In this document: positions 28,641 to 39,160 of the stretch, one piece after another | Layout of the letters: every line of letters begins with the position of its first letter | Position numbering within the stretch: position 1 is the first letter of the stretch | Assembly: GCA_963675295.2 (NCBI GenBank) | Contig: CAXXKJ010000002.1 | Coordinates: 512,001 to 576,000 of the forward strand | Direction of reading: 5' to 3' | From: a bacterium | Lineage (GTDB): Bacteria > Electryoneota > Electryoneia > Electryoneales > Electryoneaceae | DNA: 64,000 nucleotides | The notes under the pieces: generated by a model | The model's database searches: none | Seen by the model: the letters and a program-made list of their open reading frames with translations, nothing else | What the model was told of the DNA's origin: nothing | Translations under genes and position numbers: made by a program

Positions 28641-30365
28641 TCACGCCTTGACGAGATCCCACTCTTCGGCGATCCACTCGTCCAGCTTGGCGAGGGCGTC
28701 GTCCATTGGGAGGACGTCCTTGTCGCCGGTGCGGCGGCGTTTGATCTCGAGTTTGCCTTCGGCGAGGTTACGTTCGCTGACCACGACCTGGAACGGGTAC
28801 CCGAGCAGGTCGGCGTCCTTGAACTTGAAGCCGGGACGGACATCGCGATCATCCAGCGCAACATCGAGGCCCTTCTCCTGCAGCTGCTGGTAAAGCTTTT
28901 CGCCTTCGGCGGCGACGGTCTCGTCCTTGGCCTTGAGCAGGATGACGGCGACGTGGTACGGCGCGAGGGTCATCGGCCAGACGCAGCCGTTGTCGTCCGA
29001 ATGGGCTTCGAGCGCGGCGGCGATCAGGCGTCCGACACCGATGCCGTAGGAGCCCATGATGATCGGGACGTCCTTGCCGTTTTCGTCGAGCACGGTCGCG
29101 CCCATCGGCTTGGAGTACTTGGTGCCGAGCTTGAAAATGTGGCCGAGCTCGATCGCGCGCACGACCTTCAGTGGGCGTCCGCCGATCGGGTCGGGCTCGC
29201 CTTCCCGCACGACACGCAGGTCGCGGTAGTCGTCAGGCTTGAACGTCTCGCCGACCTGGACGCCGACGACGTGGAACTCGTTCTCGTTGGCGCCGGTCGC
29301 ACGGTTGCGTCCGTCCTTGAGCCGGTGGTCGGCGTAGATCGGCAATTTTCCTTCCATGCCGACCGGCCCGAGGTAGCCGACTTCCGCGCCGAACAGCTCC
29401 TTGACCTCGTCCGGGTGCGCGGGGCGCATCGACGCGCCGAGGATCGGCAGGACTTTTTCTTCGTTGAGTTCGTCGTCGCCACGGACGAGCAGCATCACCG
29501 GGCCGTCATCGCCGACGTACACCAGCGACTTGATGAAGCGGCTCGGGTCGAGCTTGAGGAACGCCGCGACCTCTTCGACCGTCTTGTAGCCCGGAGTGTG
29601 GACCTTCTCGAACGGGACAGTGTCGCCGGTGTCGGGCTCGTCCACCAGCTTCGAGGTGGCAACTTCGACGTTGGCGGCGTAGCCGGACTCTTCGTTGATC
29701 GCGCAGGTGTCTTCGCCGGCGTCACTTTCGACCATGAACTCTTCCGAACCGGAGCCGCCCATCACGCCGGACGATGCGCCGACGATGAAGAATTTCAGGC
29801 CAGCCCGTTTGAAGATGCGCTGGTAGGCGTCCCGGTGCAGCTGGTAGGACTTGTCTAGGCCTTCCTCGCTGACGTCGAAGCTGTACGCGTCCTTCATGAT
29901 GAAATGGCGCGTGCGCAGCTCGCCGGAACGTGGGCGCGGTTCGTCACGGAACTTGATCTGAATCTGGTACCAGATCTGCGGCAGTTCCTTGTAGGAGCGG
30001 AGTTCGTTGCGAGCGATGGCGCAGAAGACCTCTTCATGCGTCGGCGCGAGGGCCATGGTGCGGTCCTTGCGATCCTGCAGCCGAAACATTTCGTTACCGA
30101 AATCCTTGTTACGGCCGGTCTCATCCCACAGTTCAATGGGTGTCATCGTCGGCAGGGAGAATTCCTGCGCGCCAAAGCTGTCCATCTCCTCACGGATCAG
30201 GTTCATCGACTTGCGCGCGGCACGTTGCCCGAACGGCAGGTAGCTGTAGACGCCAGCCATCAGGGGACGCACCATGCCGGTGCGGAGCATCAGTTTGTGG
30301 CTGGTGACCACGGCATCCGCGGGCACCTCTTTCAATGTGGGCAGAAACGCCTTGGACAGTCTCAT
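28641..30365 (-). CDS. proS: Proline--tRNA ligase (bacterial type with INS editing domain)
   Basis: PTLKEVPADA..SHKLMLR, LAPTHEE, KFRDEPRPR, MKDAYSF, IELGHIFKLGTKYS and MGSYGIGVGR. Confidence 0.97.
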   Translation of the reverse strand: MRLSKAFLPTLKEVPADAVVTSHKLMLRTGMVRPLMAGVYSYLPFGQRAARKSMNLIREEMDSFGAQEFSLPTMTPIELWDETGRNKDFGNEMFRLQDRKDRTMALAPTHEEVFCAIARNELRSYKELPQIWYQIQIKFRDEPRPRSGELRTRHFIMKDAYSFDVSEEGLDKSYQLHRDAYQRIFKRAGLKFFIVGASSGVMGGSGSEEFMVESDAGEDTCAINEESGYAANVEVATSKLVDEPDTGDTVPFEKVHTPGYKTVEEVAAFLKLDPSRFIKSLVYVGDDGPVMLLVRGDDELNEEKVLPILGASMRPAHPDEVKELFGAEVGYLGPVGMEGKLPIYADHRLKDGRNRATGANENEFHVVGVQVGETFKPDDYRDLRVVREGEPDPIGGRPLKVVRAIELGHIFKLGTKYSKPMGATVLDENGKDVPIIMGSYGIGVGRLIAAALEAHSDDNGCVWPMTLAPYHVAVILLKAKDETVAAEGEKLYQQLQEKGLDVALDDRDVRPGFKFKDADLLGYPFQVVVSERNLAEGKLEIKRRRTGDKDVLPMDDALAKLDEWIAEEWDLVKA

Positions 30366-30639
30366 CGGTCTTCAAATGTTGGGTTGCGGTGCAGTGGGGG
30401 CACAGAAAAAGTTTCCCCCTCAACGAACCGGAAGTATACAGCTCGGGTGGGGTGGGAGCAATGAGGAGGGGTGAGGTGAATTCTCTCGTTGAACGGGGTT
30501 GGGTTCGCTCTCCGGGGCGGCTTTCTTCAGAAATTAGTCTGAACAGATTGCCACGCAAACATTTGCATCTTATGTTAAAAATGGATATTGATGTTCTTCG
30601 CTGAAAACAGGTCTATGTACTATCATGGGGGAAAGAACG

Positions 30640-32524
30640 ATGAACAGGATAGTCGCCGTTATCGGTGTTTTTTTTTATTTTTAGTGTTAATGTGCATGCA
30701 CAGTGGGAACGAACAGCTGTAGATACTGTATGGCGGCCAATTGAGGTGCTGGCTGAAGATTTTCAGGGTACCAAGATTCCCGATGTGATTCTTGCCTCGA
30801 GAGGGAATGGATATATCCGCTCAGCTTATGACTTCGACGGTGACGATTGGTCGTATCAATATGTTGATGATGATGTTCCCTCTGCGCATGGTCTGACAGC
30901 AGCAGACGTGGACACAAACGGTACACTTGACGTCGTTGGTACCAGCGCGGCAACTGATTCCGGATTCGTCGCCTGGTGGAAATGGAATTCGTCAGGAGGT
31001 GCGGGGTGGCAGATGGGCGATACAATCGCGGAGGATCTTGACCAACCTCTGAACACGGCGGTGGCTGACATGGACGGCGATGGGGACATGGATGTTGTCG
31101 CCACTCATTACGGCCCTTTCAACGCGGATGAAGGCGCTCTTGTTCTTTACACGAACCTGAACGGTGTTGGAACAAGTTGGGATGCGGACACCCTTGCGAT
31201 CATACCTCACGCATACGCTGTGGCCGCAGATACGCTGAATCTCGACAGCTACATGGACATCGTTGTTACTTCAGCAGATGTCCAGGAATTAAATAATGAA
31301 GGCGTTTTCATCCTCTACGGCGACGCCAACGGCGACTTCAGTAACACGGAAACACTCTACTATCGCAACCAACTAGCGGATTTCCTCAGCCCGAGATCAG
31401 TAAGAGTCGCCCGATTCAATCAAGACAACCTTAAAGACATCATCGTTGCGTTCACGGGTGATCAGGATGAAACAGATCATCATGGCATTATAATCTGGTA
31501 TGCAAGCCAGGTTGGCAATGACGTTGTCTGGGATTCCACTCAGGTGGATATCTTCCCGGATTTCACGACCTGCCGTGACATCTATGTTGTCGATATGGAC
31601 GATGATGGAGATATGGATTTTGTCGCGTCAAGCCTGTTCGCAGACAGGATTGATTGCTTCCTCAACGATTATCCAGATTGGGATGAGTTTAAACTCGGGT
31701 ATAGCACAACTGTAAAGGGGATAGGGGTTGCGGACTACACGGATGATGGCTATCTGGATGTAGTCTCGGCGTCTTACAATGGCGCCCCTTATCCGAACGG
31801 GCGAACGATTTGGCTGCATACAAATCCGGGAGACGTGGATAATCCGGTTGATTGTACGATGAGTATGTCGTCGGATTCAGAGGGAGAACCAGGAGGTACA
31901 CTTTCCTACAGTTATTCATTCACCTTAGCTGACTCGTCCGAGTACGAGTTGCTCGCCTGGTACAAGATCGTCACACCGGGGTTTCACATCTTCGCACAGC
32001 CGACTCCGGACACACTCGGCGTCGCGCCGGGAACCTACACCGGCAGGGGTTTGGTTGACCTTCCGGATTCCATTGAACCATGCGACAGTTGCTGGTTTTT
32101 CGTGAGTGTCGGCTATCCAGTTCGTGATGAGTCAGTGGATACTCCTGTGGAATTTCTGCACGGCCTTACCACTGCTGAAACGAAGATCGCGGTGACTTTT
32201 CCCGCAAATGATCTGCGCGGAACAGGGGGTGAACAAGTAACAGCGACTGGCATCCCGCTCACATACGCTCTCGTTGATCTCAAACCAAATCCATTCAATG
32301 CGTCGGGATCGTTCGCGGTAACACTTCCTGAGCCGTCTCAGCTCCACGCCACAGTGTACAACATCACCGGTCAGAGGGTTGCGTCAATTGCGGATGGCAT
32401 ATACGAACCGGGACGGCACGAGTTTGTTTTCGATGGGCAGAACTTGGCCAGCGGAATGTACTTTCTGCGGGTGGACGTGCCCGGTCATCTGGGTGAAATG
32501 CGTAAATTGACACTGATGAAGTAA
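30640..32524 (+). CDS. Secreted FG-GAP-repeat protein with T9SS-like CTD; frameshifted in a T9 tract within the signal peptide
   Basis: ATG 30640 follows GGGGGAAAG and reads MNRIVAVIGVFFYF-stop. Removing one T from 30668-30676 joins it to ORF 30665..32524 (DMDGDGDMDVV repeats; PNPFN...KLTLMK). Confidence 0.82.
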
Positions 32525-32533
32525 TAAATCTCT

Positions 32534-32571
32534 CAGCGTGGTCCGGCAAAAATGCCGGACCACGCTGTTTT
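32534..32571 (+). terminator. Rho-independent terminator
   Basis: CAGCGTGGTCCGGCA-AAAA-TGCCGGACCACGCTG followed by TTTT. Confidence 0.85.
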
Positions 32572-32607
32572 GGTAGCATTTGTAGTTGCTAGCGAGCGGA
32601 GGTTGAC

Positions 32608-34011
32608 ATGCGAAATATCACTTTGTTGATTTGTGGTCTTTTCTCTTGGACAAGCCTGTTTGGTCAGGCAATCCCACCGTATCACCTTCATCCTGAGTTG
32701 TCTCAGGGTGGCATCATCCAGCTGTCATGGGAGCCGGGTCCAGCAGAAGGACTGATAGAAGACTTTGAGGACGGAATCGCGCAGGATTTTAAATGGTGGA
32801 CGCCGCAAGGACAAGAGTATCTGGGTCAGGGATACTACTCGATTGATAATGGTTATGCACAAATAGCAGCTGGTTATGGGTTATTGAACTGGGGATCGGC
32901 TGCCTATACCGAAACAGAATTTGCTAATTTCACTTGCGAAGTGGAGATGGTAAACACCTACTATGGTGATTCTCATGGTATTATTTTCCGGTCTGATGGC
33001 CTCAAAGATAATGATTTTAATGGATATATCTACGCAATAGGAAACACTGAACTTTTCGGAGGAATGTACTCAGTCTACGGATATATTGATGGATTGGGTC
33101 TTAATATTATTTATTGGCATGGGTCAGACCTCATTAATATTGGTCAGGGAGCCCATAATACCATCAAAGTGGTTGGTGTCGGTGACACCTTCGATTTTTA
33201 TATCAATGGCACCTATGTGAATTCCGTGACGAATCCAAATTTCACTGACACTGGTCTGGTAGGTTTTACAAACACTTCCGGCAATACCGTTCGATACTAT
33301 GATATTACCTGTTCGCATGACGCTCAGTTGCAGGATCGATCTATTGAACCTCAACGTGGCGAACGAGTTGATGGTTGGTTCGATGATGCCGGCCGTCCGA
33401 TAGATCATCCGCCGGCTATGTATGAGGCGTATGAACGACAACAAAACGGGAAAAGAGAGATCCTTCACTTTGTTAAGGATGACACACAGAATGAACTGGA
33501 CGAATTCGTCGAATACCGGATCTACCGTAATGGCGAACTGCTGGGGTCAGCAACCGAACCTGCTTTCACAGACCAGCTCCCAGGTTACGGCGAGTACGAA
33601 TATCGCATCACGGCGTACTACGATCCCGAAGGCGAGTCCATCCCCAGTGTTCCGGCGACGGTGAACTGGCAGCCGGTGACCTTCTCCCTCGCCGGTGGTG
33701 CCACCGTGGTACCCCATACCGGCGGCACGATCACCTATGACGCCCTCCTGTTCAATGAGTTACCGCAGACGTTCCGGAATGTCAGCTACCGTGTGTACGC
33801 CACCTTGCCAAGCGGATCGGAAGTGGGTCCGGTGTTTCAGCGCAGGTTCACCTTGGCGGCTGGTGCGTTCCACGCGATCCCAGGCATGACGCAGACAATC
33901 CCCGCAGCCGCACTCCCCGGAAACTACTTCCTCCATGGCCGATTGTACCATCAGGGCCAACTGTTTTACGAAGAGACCTTCCAGTTCGACAAGATGGGTG
34001 GTGGGGACTAG
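32608..34011 (+). CDS. Secreted protein: lectin/DUF1080-like beta-sandwich inside an FN3-like domain, plus terminal Ig-like module
   Basis: Signal peptide; GIIFR..GY..HNTIKV...FYING; EYRIYRNG...FTD.LP.YG.Y.Y.ITAYY..GES; shared C-terminal module and no PNPFN tail. Confidence 0.72.
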   Translation: MRNITLLICGLFSWTSLFGQAIPPYHLHPELSQGGIIQLSWEPGPAEGLIEDFEDGIAQDFKWWTPQGQEYLGQGYYSIDNGYAQIAAGYGLLNWGSAAYTETEFANFTCEVEMVNTYYGDSHGIIFRSDGLKDNDFNGYIYAIGNTELFGGMYSVYGYIDGLGLNIIYWHGSDLINIGQGAHNTIKVVGVGDTFDFYINGTYVNSVTNPNFTDTGLVGFTNTSGNTVRYYDITCSHDAQLQDRSIEPQRGERVDGWFDDAGRPIDHPPAMYEAYERQQNGKREILHFVKDDTQNELDEFVEYRIYRNGELLGSATEPAFTDQLPGYGEYEYRITAYYDPEGESIPSVPATVNWQPVTFSLAGGATVVPHTGGTITYDALLFNELPQTFRNVSYRVYATLPSGSEVGPVFQRRFTLAAGAFHAIPGMTQTIPAAALPGNYFLHGRLYHQGQLFYEETFQFDKMGGGD

Positions 34012-34342
34012 GCTGTTATCCCACGACTCCATTGTTGCGTGGTTGTTGTACGGGTTGCCCTTCTGTTTGACTTCCATGATCTCACCGGTTGTGATAATTC
34101 CGTGACATTTCGGGACGGCCGGGGCTCGATATTAGGCGGGCCTAAAGCACGGGCGTGTGTCTTGACTTGTCGTGTTTGGAGCAACGAACTTCCGGCGCGT
34201 GACGCAGGCTGTCGGCTGTAGGCTTTGGGCTATGGTCGGATGACCCGCGATAGCCGCCGAAACAGACCGGCGGTCAATCACGAGCACCGTGCCGACAGGT
34301 GTCCCCGCAAGTCGAGGAAACGATGATGGAGAGTTCCCCCGG

Positions 34343-35197
34343 ATGAAGAAGGTGCTGAAATCGGTAGGGTTGTGGCTGCTGGCGTTGTTGTTGACGCTGG
34401 TAACGTTGGTCTATCAGCGTTTGACCGGTCCGACATATCCGGTCAGCGGCGAGGTGACGGTTGCCGGTGAGACGATTCCGTACGAGCTGGAGCGGTCGCA
34501 CGCGCGTGATAACGATCCGCAGTTCGGGATGGATCACGTGGTCAGCCTTCCTGTGCCGAACATCGGGTTGACCGGCAAGTTGTACTGGAAACGGCTGGGG
34601 GTGGATGAACCATTCACCGAAATCCAGATGGACGAAGCGGCAGGCGAACTGTTCGCGGTGTTACCCGCGCAGCCTCCGGCGGGGAAAGTCGTCTATCACA
34701 TCGAGTTGTTCGCGCCGGACGGCAGCCACGTCGGTCTGCCCGGCGGGGAAGACACGATCACGTTACGCTTCAAGGACCCGGAACCGGGTTGGATTCTGAT
34801 TCCGCACATTATCGCGATGTTCCTCGCGTTGCTGTTCGGGATTCGTGCGTTGATCGAGGTGTTCACCGGGGAGAACATGAAGGTCGCGGCGTGGGGGACG
34901 TTGATCTTCCTGTTTGTCGGCGGGATGGTGCTGGGGCCGTTGCTCCAGAAGGCGGCGTTTGGAGATTACTGGACCGGCTGGCCGTTTGGTGGGGATGTCA
35001 CTGACAACAAGCTGGCGCTGGCATTCATCGCGTGGGTGGTCGCGGTCTGGCGGCTAAGCGTGGTGGAAAACCAGCGGAAGGCGCGTGTATTCGTGGTCAT
35101 CGCCTGCCTGGTCCTGTTCAGCATTTTCCTGATCCCGCACAGCCTCGGCGGCAGTACGTTCAACTACGAGACGGGCGCGGTCGATACAGGCTTGTAG
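34343..35197 (+). CDS. Hypothetical membrane protein
   Basis: N-terminal TM, YQRLTGPTYP, soluble Ig-like region, then four TMs (FGDYWTGWPFGGDVTDNK, IPHS). Confidence 0.8.
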   Translation: MKKVLKSVGLWLLALLLTLVTLVYQRLTGPTYPVSGEVTVAGETIPYELERSHARDNDPQFGMDHVVSLPVPNIGLTGKLYWKRLGVDEPFTEIQMDEAAGELFAVLPAQPPAGKVVYHIELFAPDGSHVGLPGGEDTITLRFKDPEPGWILIPHIIAMFLALLFGIRALIEVFTGENMKVAAWGTLIFLFVGGMVLGPLLQKAAFGDYWTGWPFGGDVTDNKLALAFIAWVVAVWRLSVVENQRKARVFVVIACLVLFSIFLIPHSLGGSTFNYETGAVDTGL

Positions 35198-35227
35198 CAA
35201 CAACAACATGGTACTCTCCCTGACTGA

Positions 35228-35390
35228 CAGTGGTCAGTCGTCAGTGCTCAGTACTCAGTGAAGGACGACAAACCCCTGGTCCATGCGAGCTGGCTTGTTT
35301 CGCGTGTGGCTTAGCAGTTCTTCAACGGGTATGATCAGACGGATCAGGATCAGTTCACTGATCACTGAAGACTGATCACTGACAACTGTA
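35228..35390. repeat. Inverted pair of degenerate heptamer arrays
   Basis: CAGTnnT-like x5 at 35228-35262 and nACTGnn x5 at 35356-35390. Confidence 0.8.
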
Positions 35391-35573
35391 TTTTAACATT
35401 TCCGCCCGGATCCGGAACTTCGGACCCGGGCGGTCCTGCGTGTGTGGCTGATTGGTTGGTCCGTCCGGTGGCAATCGGCCGGACCGTCTGGAGGTGCGTG
35501 GCGCGGATGCCACGACAGTCGTTAGTTCTGGGACACCCGGGTTGCAAGACAACTCGGGCCACCCGCTCAGTTC

Positions 35574-36392
35574 TTACCCGCCGAAGACGAGGCCGACGCG
35601 GAAGAACGGTTTGTTCAGGTCGATCTCGGGACCGTCGCCGGTGAGCTCGTTCTCGTTGAACTCCCAGTTGTCGGTGCGCAGCGAGGTCCAGGTGTAGCCG
35701 GCGTTGCCTTGCAGTGCCATCCAGTCGAGCAGGTGAACGCGCACGGTGACGTAAGGCTCGGCGATAAAGAAGCCCTGGTCGATCTGGGTGCGGATGTTTT
35801 CGCCGTCACTGGGATCGCCGATGTACTGGTTGTTGAGGTCGCCCCAGGTGTAGGTGCCGGTGTCCTGCGACATGATGACCGAAACACCGCCGCCGCCAAG
35901 CATCGCGCCGAAGCCGAAGTTGACCGGGCCGAACATCCACGGGCTGTATTCGAACATGAAGCCGCCCATGCCGATGTCGAGCTCGAGGGAGCGGTTGAAG
36001 CGGTTGCCGTTGCCGTCGACGTAGACGCCGTCGGTGTAGGCGTGGCCACCGTGGCCGCCGCCGCCGATCCGCCAGCCGTCACCCACATGGCCCATACCCA
36101 TGCCGCCCCACATCGGGACGAAGCTGTCGAACTCGTCCAGGCCCATGGCGTTCGCGAGGTTTTCCAGGTCGCTGGATTCAAAGGTCTGCGCGTTGAAGTA
36201 GAATCCGCCGAATCCGGAGAACCCGCCGTGGCTGCGATGTGTGCGCCAGGTTTTCCAGCGGTAATCGTCATCTTCCTCATCGTCGTTCTGGTCGTAGCTC
36301 CAGTTGTCCTGGCCGGCGAGTGCGGCGAACGGTGCGATCACGAGGGTGAGAATGAAGGTGATGGCAAACAGTTTGAAAAGACGGTTACTCAT
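35574..36392 (-). CDS. Outer-membrane beta-barrel protein (hypothetical)
   Basis: Signal peptide, Gly/aromatic-rich strands and C-terminal FRVGLVFGG. Confidence 0.78.
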   Translation of the reverse strand: MSNRLFKLFAITFILTLVIAPFAALAGQDNWSYDQNDDEEDDDYRWKTWRTHRSHGGFSGFGGFYFNAQTFESSDLENLANAMGLDEFDSFVPMWGGMGMGHVGDGWRIGGGGHGGHAYTDGVYVDGNGNRFNRSLELDIGMGGFMFEYSPWMFGPVNFGFGAMLGGGGVSVIMSQDTGTYTWGDLNNQYIGDPSDGENIRTQIDQGFFIAEPYVTVRVHLLDWMALQGNAGYTWTSLRTDNWEFNENELTGDGPEIDLNKPFFRVGLVFGG

Positions 36393-36598
36393 GGTACTCC
36401 TCCCTATCGGTAGGGCGTTGCGCTTTAGTTGTTGTGCGTTCCCATGTGGTGTAAGGCAACGGCTGTGCCAGAATGTGAGTGGGGAGTAACATGTTGTTCG
36501 TAAAGAGAGTAGGCGGGAGTGAGCGGTGTGGAAACCTGTGGGCTGGGTGTCACAGGGCGGGTGAAGTGTGGTGAGATGGATACAGGGGGGTAAAGACA

Positions 36599-36846
36599 GC
36601 TCTGAGCCATGAGCTCTGAGCTGTGAGTAACCACAAAAAGTCAGGGACAGCTACGCTTCGCGTCACTGTCCCTGCTGGTAATTGATTTACTGTAGAACCC
36701 GACCAGCAAGCTGGTCGGGGCAAACACCGTTTTTCCGCAACCCGCAACCCGCAACCCGCAACCCGCAGCCCGCGGCCCAAGAACAACACGACCGCGTCTG
36801 ACGAGCAGACACGGGCACATACTTTCCAGAGCCCAGAGCCCAGAGC
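36599..36846. repeat. Composite intergenic repeat region: heptamer arrays and REP-like hairpins
   Basis: GCTCTGA-like x4 (36599), CAGGGACAG..CTGTCCCTG (36642-36674), family B hairpin (36698-36722, identical to 28359-28383), CCGCAAC x4 plus 2 degenerate (36735-36776), and CCAGAGC x3 (36826-36846). Confidence 0.88.
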
Positions 36847-36852
36847 CTGATT

Positions 36853-37923
36853 TTACTCAGCGTACAGCACTTCGATCGCGTTCGGCGGGTCGGACAGTTC
36901 GTATGAGCCGACTTTCTGGCCGTCGTCGAACACGTCCAGCCGCATCCCGTCACGGCAGGCGGCGTACAGCAGGCCGCTGGTGCTGTCGTAGGCGACATCG
37001 ACCACGCCGAGGCTAGCATTGATCGGTTGCATCGGATCGAGCGAATCGTAATCATAGCGCAGGATCAGGCCGTTCTCGTCGCCTTCATTCGACCAGCCTC
37101 CGGCCGCGAGGTAGACCACGTGATCGTCCTTGTCGACGGTGGACCGTCCCGGGCTGTACCCGATGTTGATGATCCGTTCGGTCTGGATTGGGAACAGGGT
37201 GAGCACGTAGACGGTGCCCGGAATGTCATCGTAGTTGCCGGTGCAGACGACGTGGATTTCGCCCGGGTAGGTGTAGTGTGCGAACTGGGGGTTGACGCCG
37301 ACGGTCAACGAATCGAGTAATGCGCCGTTCGGGCCGAGCTTCCAGACGCTGCCGGTGTTGAACGTGAAGTCGTTAAAGTCGTACTTGGAATGAACGACGT
37401 AAACCTGGTCAAATCCGGTCAGCAGTTCGACGGGGGCGATGTTGACTTCCCAATCGTCCACCACTTTCCACTTGTTGACGTTGACTACGGTGATCGAATT
37501 CCACTGCAGGTTCGAGATCAGCAGCAGGGAGTCGCGGAAGGCGAGGCTGGCGTAGGGACTGCGATTTTCTGACAGGCCGATGTCGAGCTCTCCGGCCGGT
37601 TCGGCGGAACGGTTGCTGATGTCGAAGCGCTGCAGCGTGTTGCTCAGGCTGTTGACGACGTACAGGCTGTCGCCGATCCGTGTCATCCAGTTCGCGCCGA
37701 GGCCGAGACCTTGCGGTTGCTGCCAGGTTTTCGTGTCGGCGTTGAACAGGGTTAACGTTTCGTCACCCGCCACGGCGATGATGGAGCCGGTTTGGGACGG
37801 GTTGTCATCACCGTTGGAGTCGGCGGGGTTGTCGTCGCAGGCGGTGAAGGCAAGCATCAACGCGATGGCGAGGATCGGCAGCATCAGCAGACGTGGCGTA
37901 CGGAACGGGTTTGTCGGGCTCAT
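36853..37923 (-). CDS. YncE-like beta-propeller lipoprotein
   Basis: Lipobox FTAC-DDNP and blades such as LYVVNSLSNT, VGVNPQ, IGYSPG and LYAAC. Confidence 0.78.
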   Translation of the reverse strand: MSPTNPFRTPRLLMLPILAIALMLAFTACDDNPADSNGDDNPSQTGSIIAVAGDETLTLFNADTKTWQQPQGLGLGANWMTRIGDSLYVVNSLSNTLQRFDISNRSAEPAGELDIGLSENRSPYASLAFRDSLLLISNLQWNSITVVNVNKWKVVDDWEVNIAPVELLTGFDQVYVVHSKYDFNDFTFNTGSVWKLGPNGALLDSLTVGVNPQFAHYTYPGEIHVVCTGNYDDIPGTVYVLTLFPIQTERIINIGYSPGRSTVDKDDHVVYLAAGGWSNEGDENGLILRYDYDSLDPMQPINASLGVVDVAYDSTSGLLYAACRDGMRLDVFDDGQKVGSYELSDPPNAIEVLYAE

Positions 37924-38136
37924 TGCATCATCCGGTTGTGTCGGTCTGGATCGAATGTTCGTCTCCGGGGCGACGGCTGCCGTGCCGGTTTTGCTTGCGG
38001 CGGCGTGCGGCAGCACGTAATAACTCCGTAACCATGCCGAATCCAGGAAAGCGCGGGTTTGTTGGTCGGCGAGTGTTGGTCAACGGCATCGTTCCGGACA
38101 CGGTTTGAACGTTCAGTTTCGTCGGGAAGGTACAAT

Positions 38137-39108
38137 ATGGAATTCGACTTTGCAGCCTGGTGGGGCAAGTGGGGCGCGAATCTGATTCACGTTGCTGTGA
38201 TTCTTCTGCTCGGCATCGTGGCTGGTGTGATTGTCCGCAAACTGACCGACCGGATGGTGAAGAAGGCGGAGACGCTGGAAGATCGCCGTTCCGCCCAGCG
38301 CCACAAAACGCTCTCGGTGTTTCTGAGGAGCGTGGCGAAAGTGGTCATCCTCACCCTGGTGGGTGTTCTGGTCCTCGGAGAATTCGGCGTCGAGATTGGG
38401 CCGCTGATCGCCGCGGCCGGTATAGCCGGTATCGCGATCGGTTTTGGCGCGCAGACGCTGGTGCAGGACTTTCTCGGCGGGACGTTTCTGTTGACCGAGG
38501 GGTATGCTCGAGTCGGGGACGTGCTCGAGGTCAACGGCAAGGCCGGCCTGGTCGAGGATATCAGCCTGCGGTTGTTGGTGATGCGAGATTTTGCGGGGAA
38601 TGTGCATGTCATCCCCAACGGTGAGATCCGCACGATCACCAACATGACCTATCGTTTCAGCCGGGCGTTGATCGATGTCGGCGTGGCGTACCGTGAGGAC
38701 AACGATAAGGTTGTGCGGATCATGGAAGAGGTCGGCAACGAGATCGCGGAGGAGATGAGCGACGTGATCGAATCCGGTCCGGAGATCTTCGGGATCGACT
38801 CGTTCGGCGACAGCGCAATCAACTGGCGTGTGCGTTTCCAGACCAAGCCGATCGAACAGTGGAATGTGGCGCGCGCGTATCGCAGACGGCTGAAGCGTCG
38901 GTTTGATGAAGAGGGTATCGAGATTCCGTTCCCGCATCGCACCGTCTACATGGGCGAGAATCACGATGGCACCGCGCCGTTCCTGCACACCAAGCTGTAC
39001 CGTGCGAACGGAGCAGAACCGGAAGCCCACCGTGAACTGGACGACGCCGGCGATCCGGTTAAACGCGCTGGCGATGTCGTCTCGTCCGAAGCGGGTGGGG
39101 ATGCATAA
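38137..39108 (+). CDS. mscS: Small-conductance mechanosensitive channel (MscS/YbiO-like)
   Basis: AGIAGIAIGFGAQTLVQD, VGDVLE, G.VE.I.LR, IPNGEI and FDEEGIEIPFP. Confidence 0.9.
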   Translation: MEFDFAAWWGKWGANLIHVAVILLLGIVAGVIVRKLTDRMVKKAETLEDRRSAQRHKTLSVFLRSVAKVVILTLVGVLVLGEFGVEIGPLIAAAGIAGIAIGFGAQTLVQDFLGGTFLLTEGYARVGDVLEVNGKAGLVEDISLRLLVMRDFAGNVHVIPNGEIRTITNMTYRFSRALIDVGVAYREDNDKVVRIMEEVGNEIAEEMSDVIESGPEIFGIDSFGDSAINWRVRFQTKPIEQWNVARAYRRRLKRRFDEEGIEIPFPHRTVYMGENHDGTAPFLHTKLYRANGAEPEAHRELDDAGDPVKRAGDVVSSEAGGDA

Positions 39109-39160
39109 CGCAATACAGCGGGTACGATCTGAAAGCGGGCGCGTAATCAGCGCCCGCTTT

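Noticed and set aside
37924-38136. Cobalamin riboswitch upstream of the YncE/BtuG-like lipoprotein
   Set aside because: No B12-box or other conserved elements found on the minus strand.
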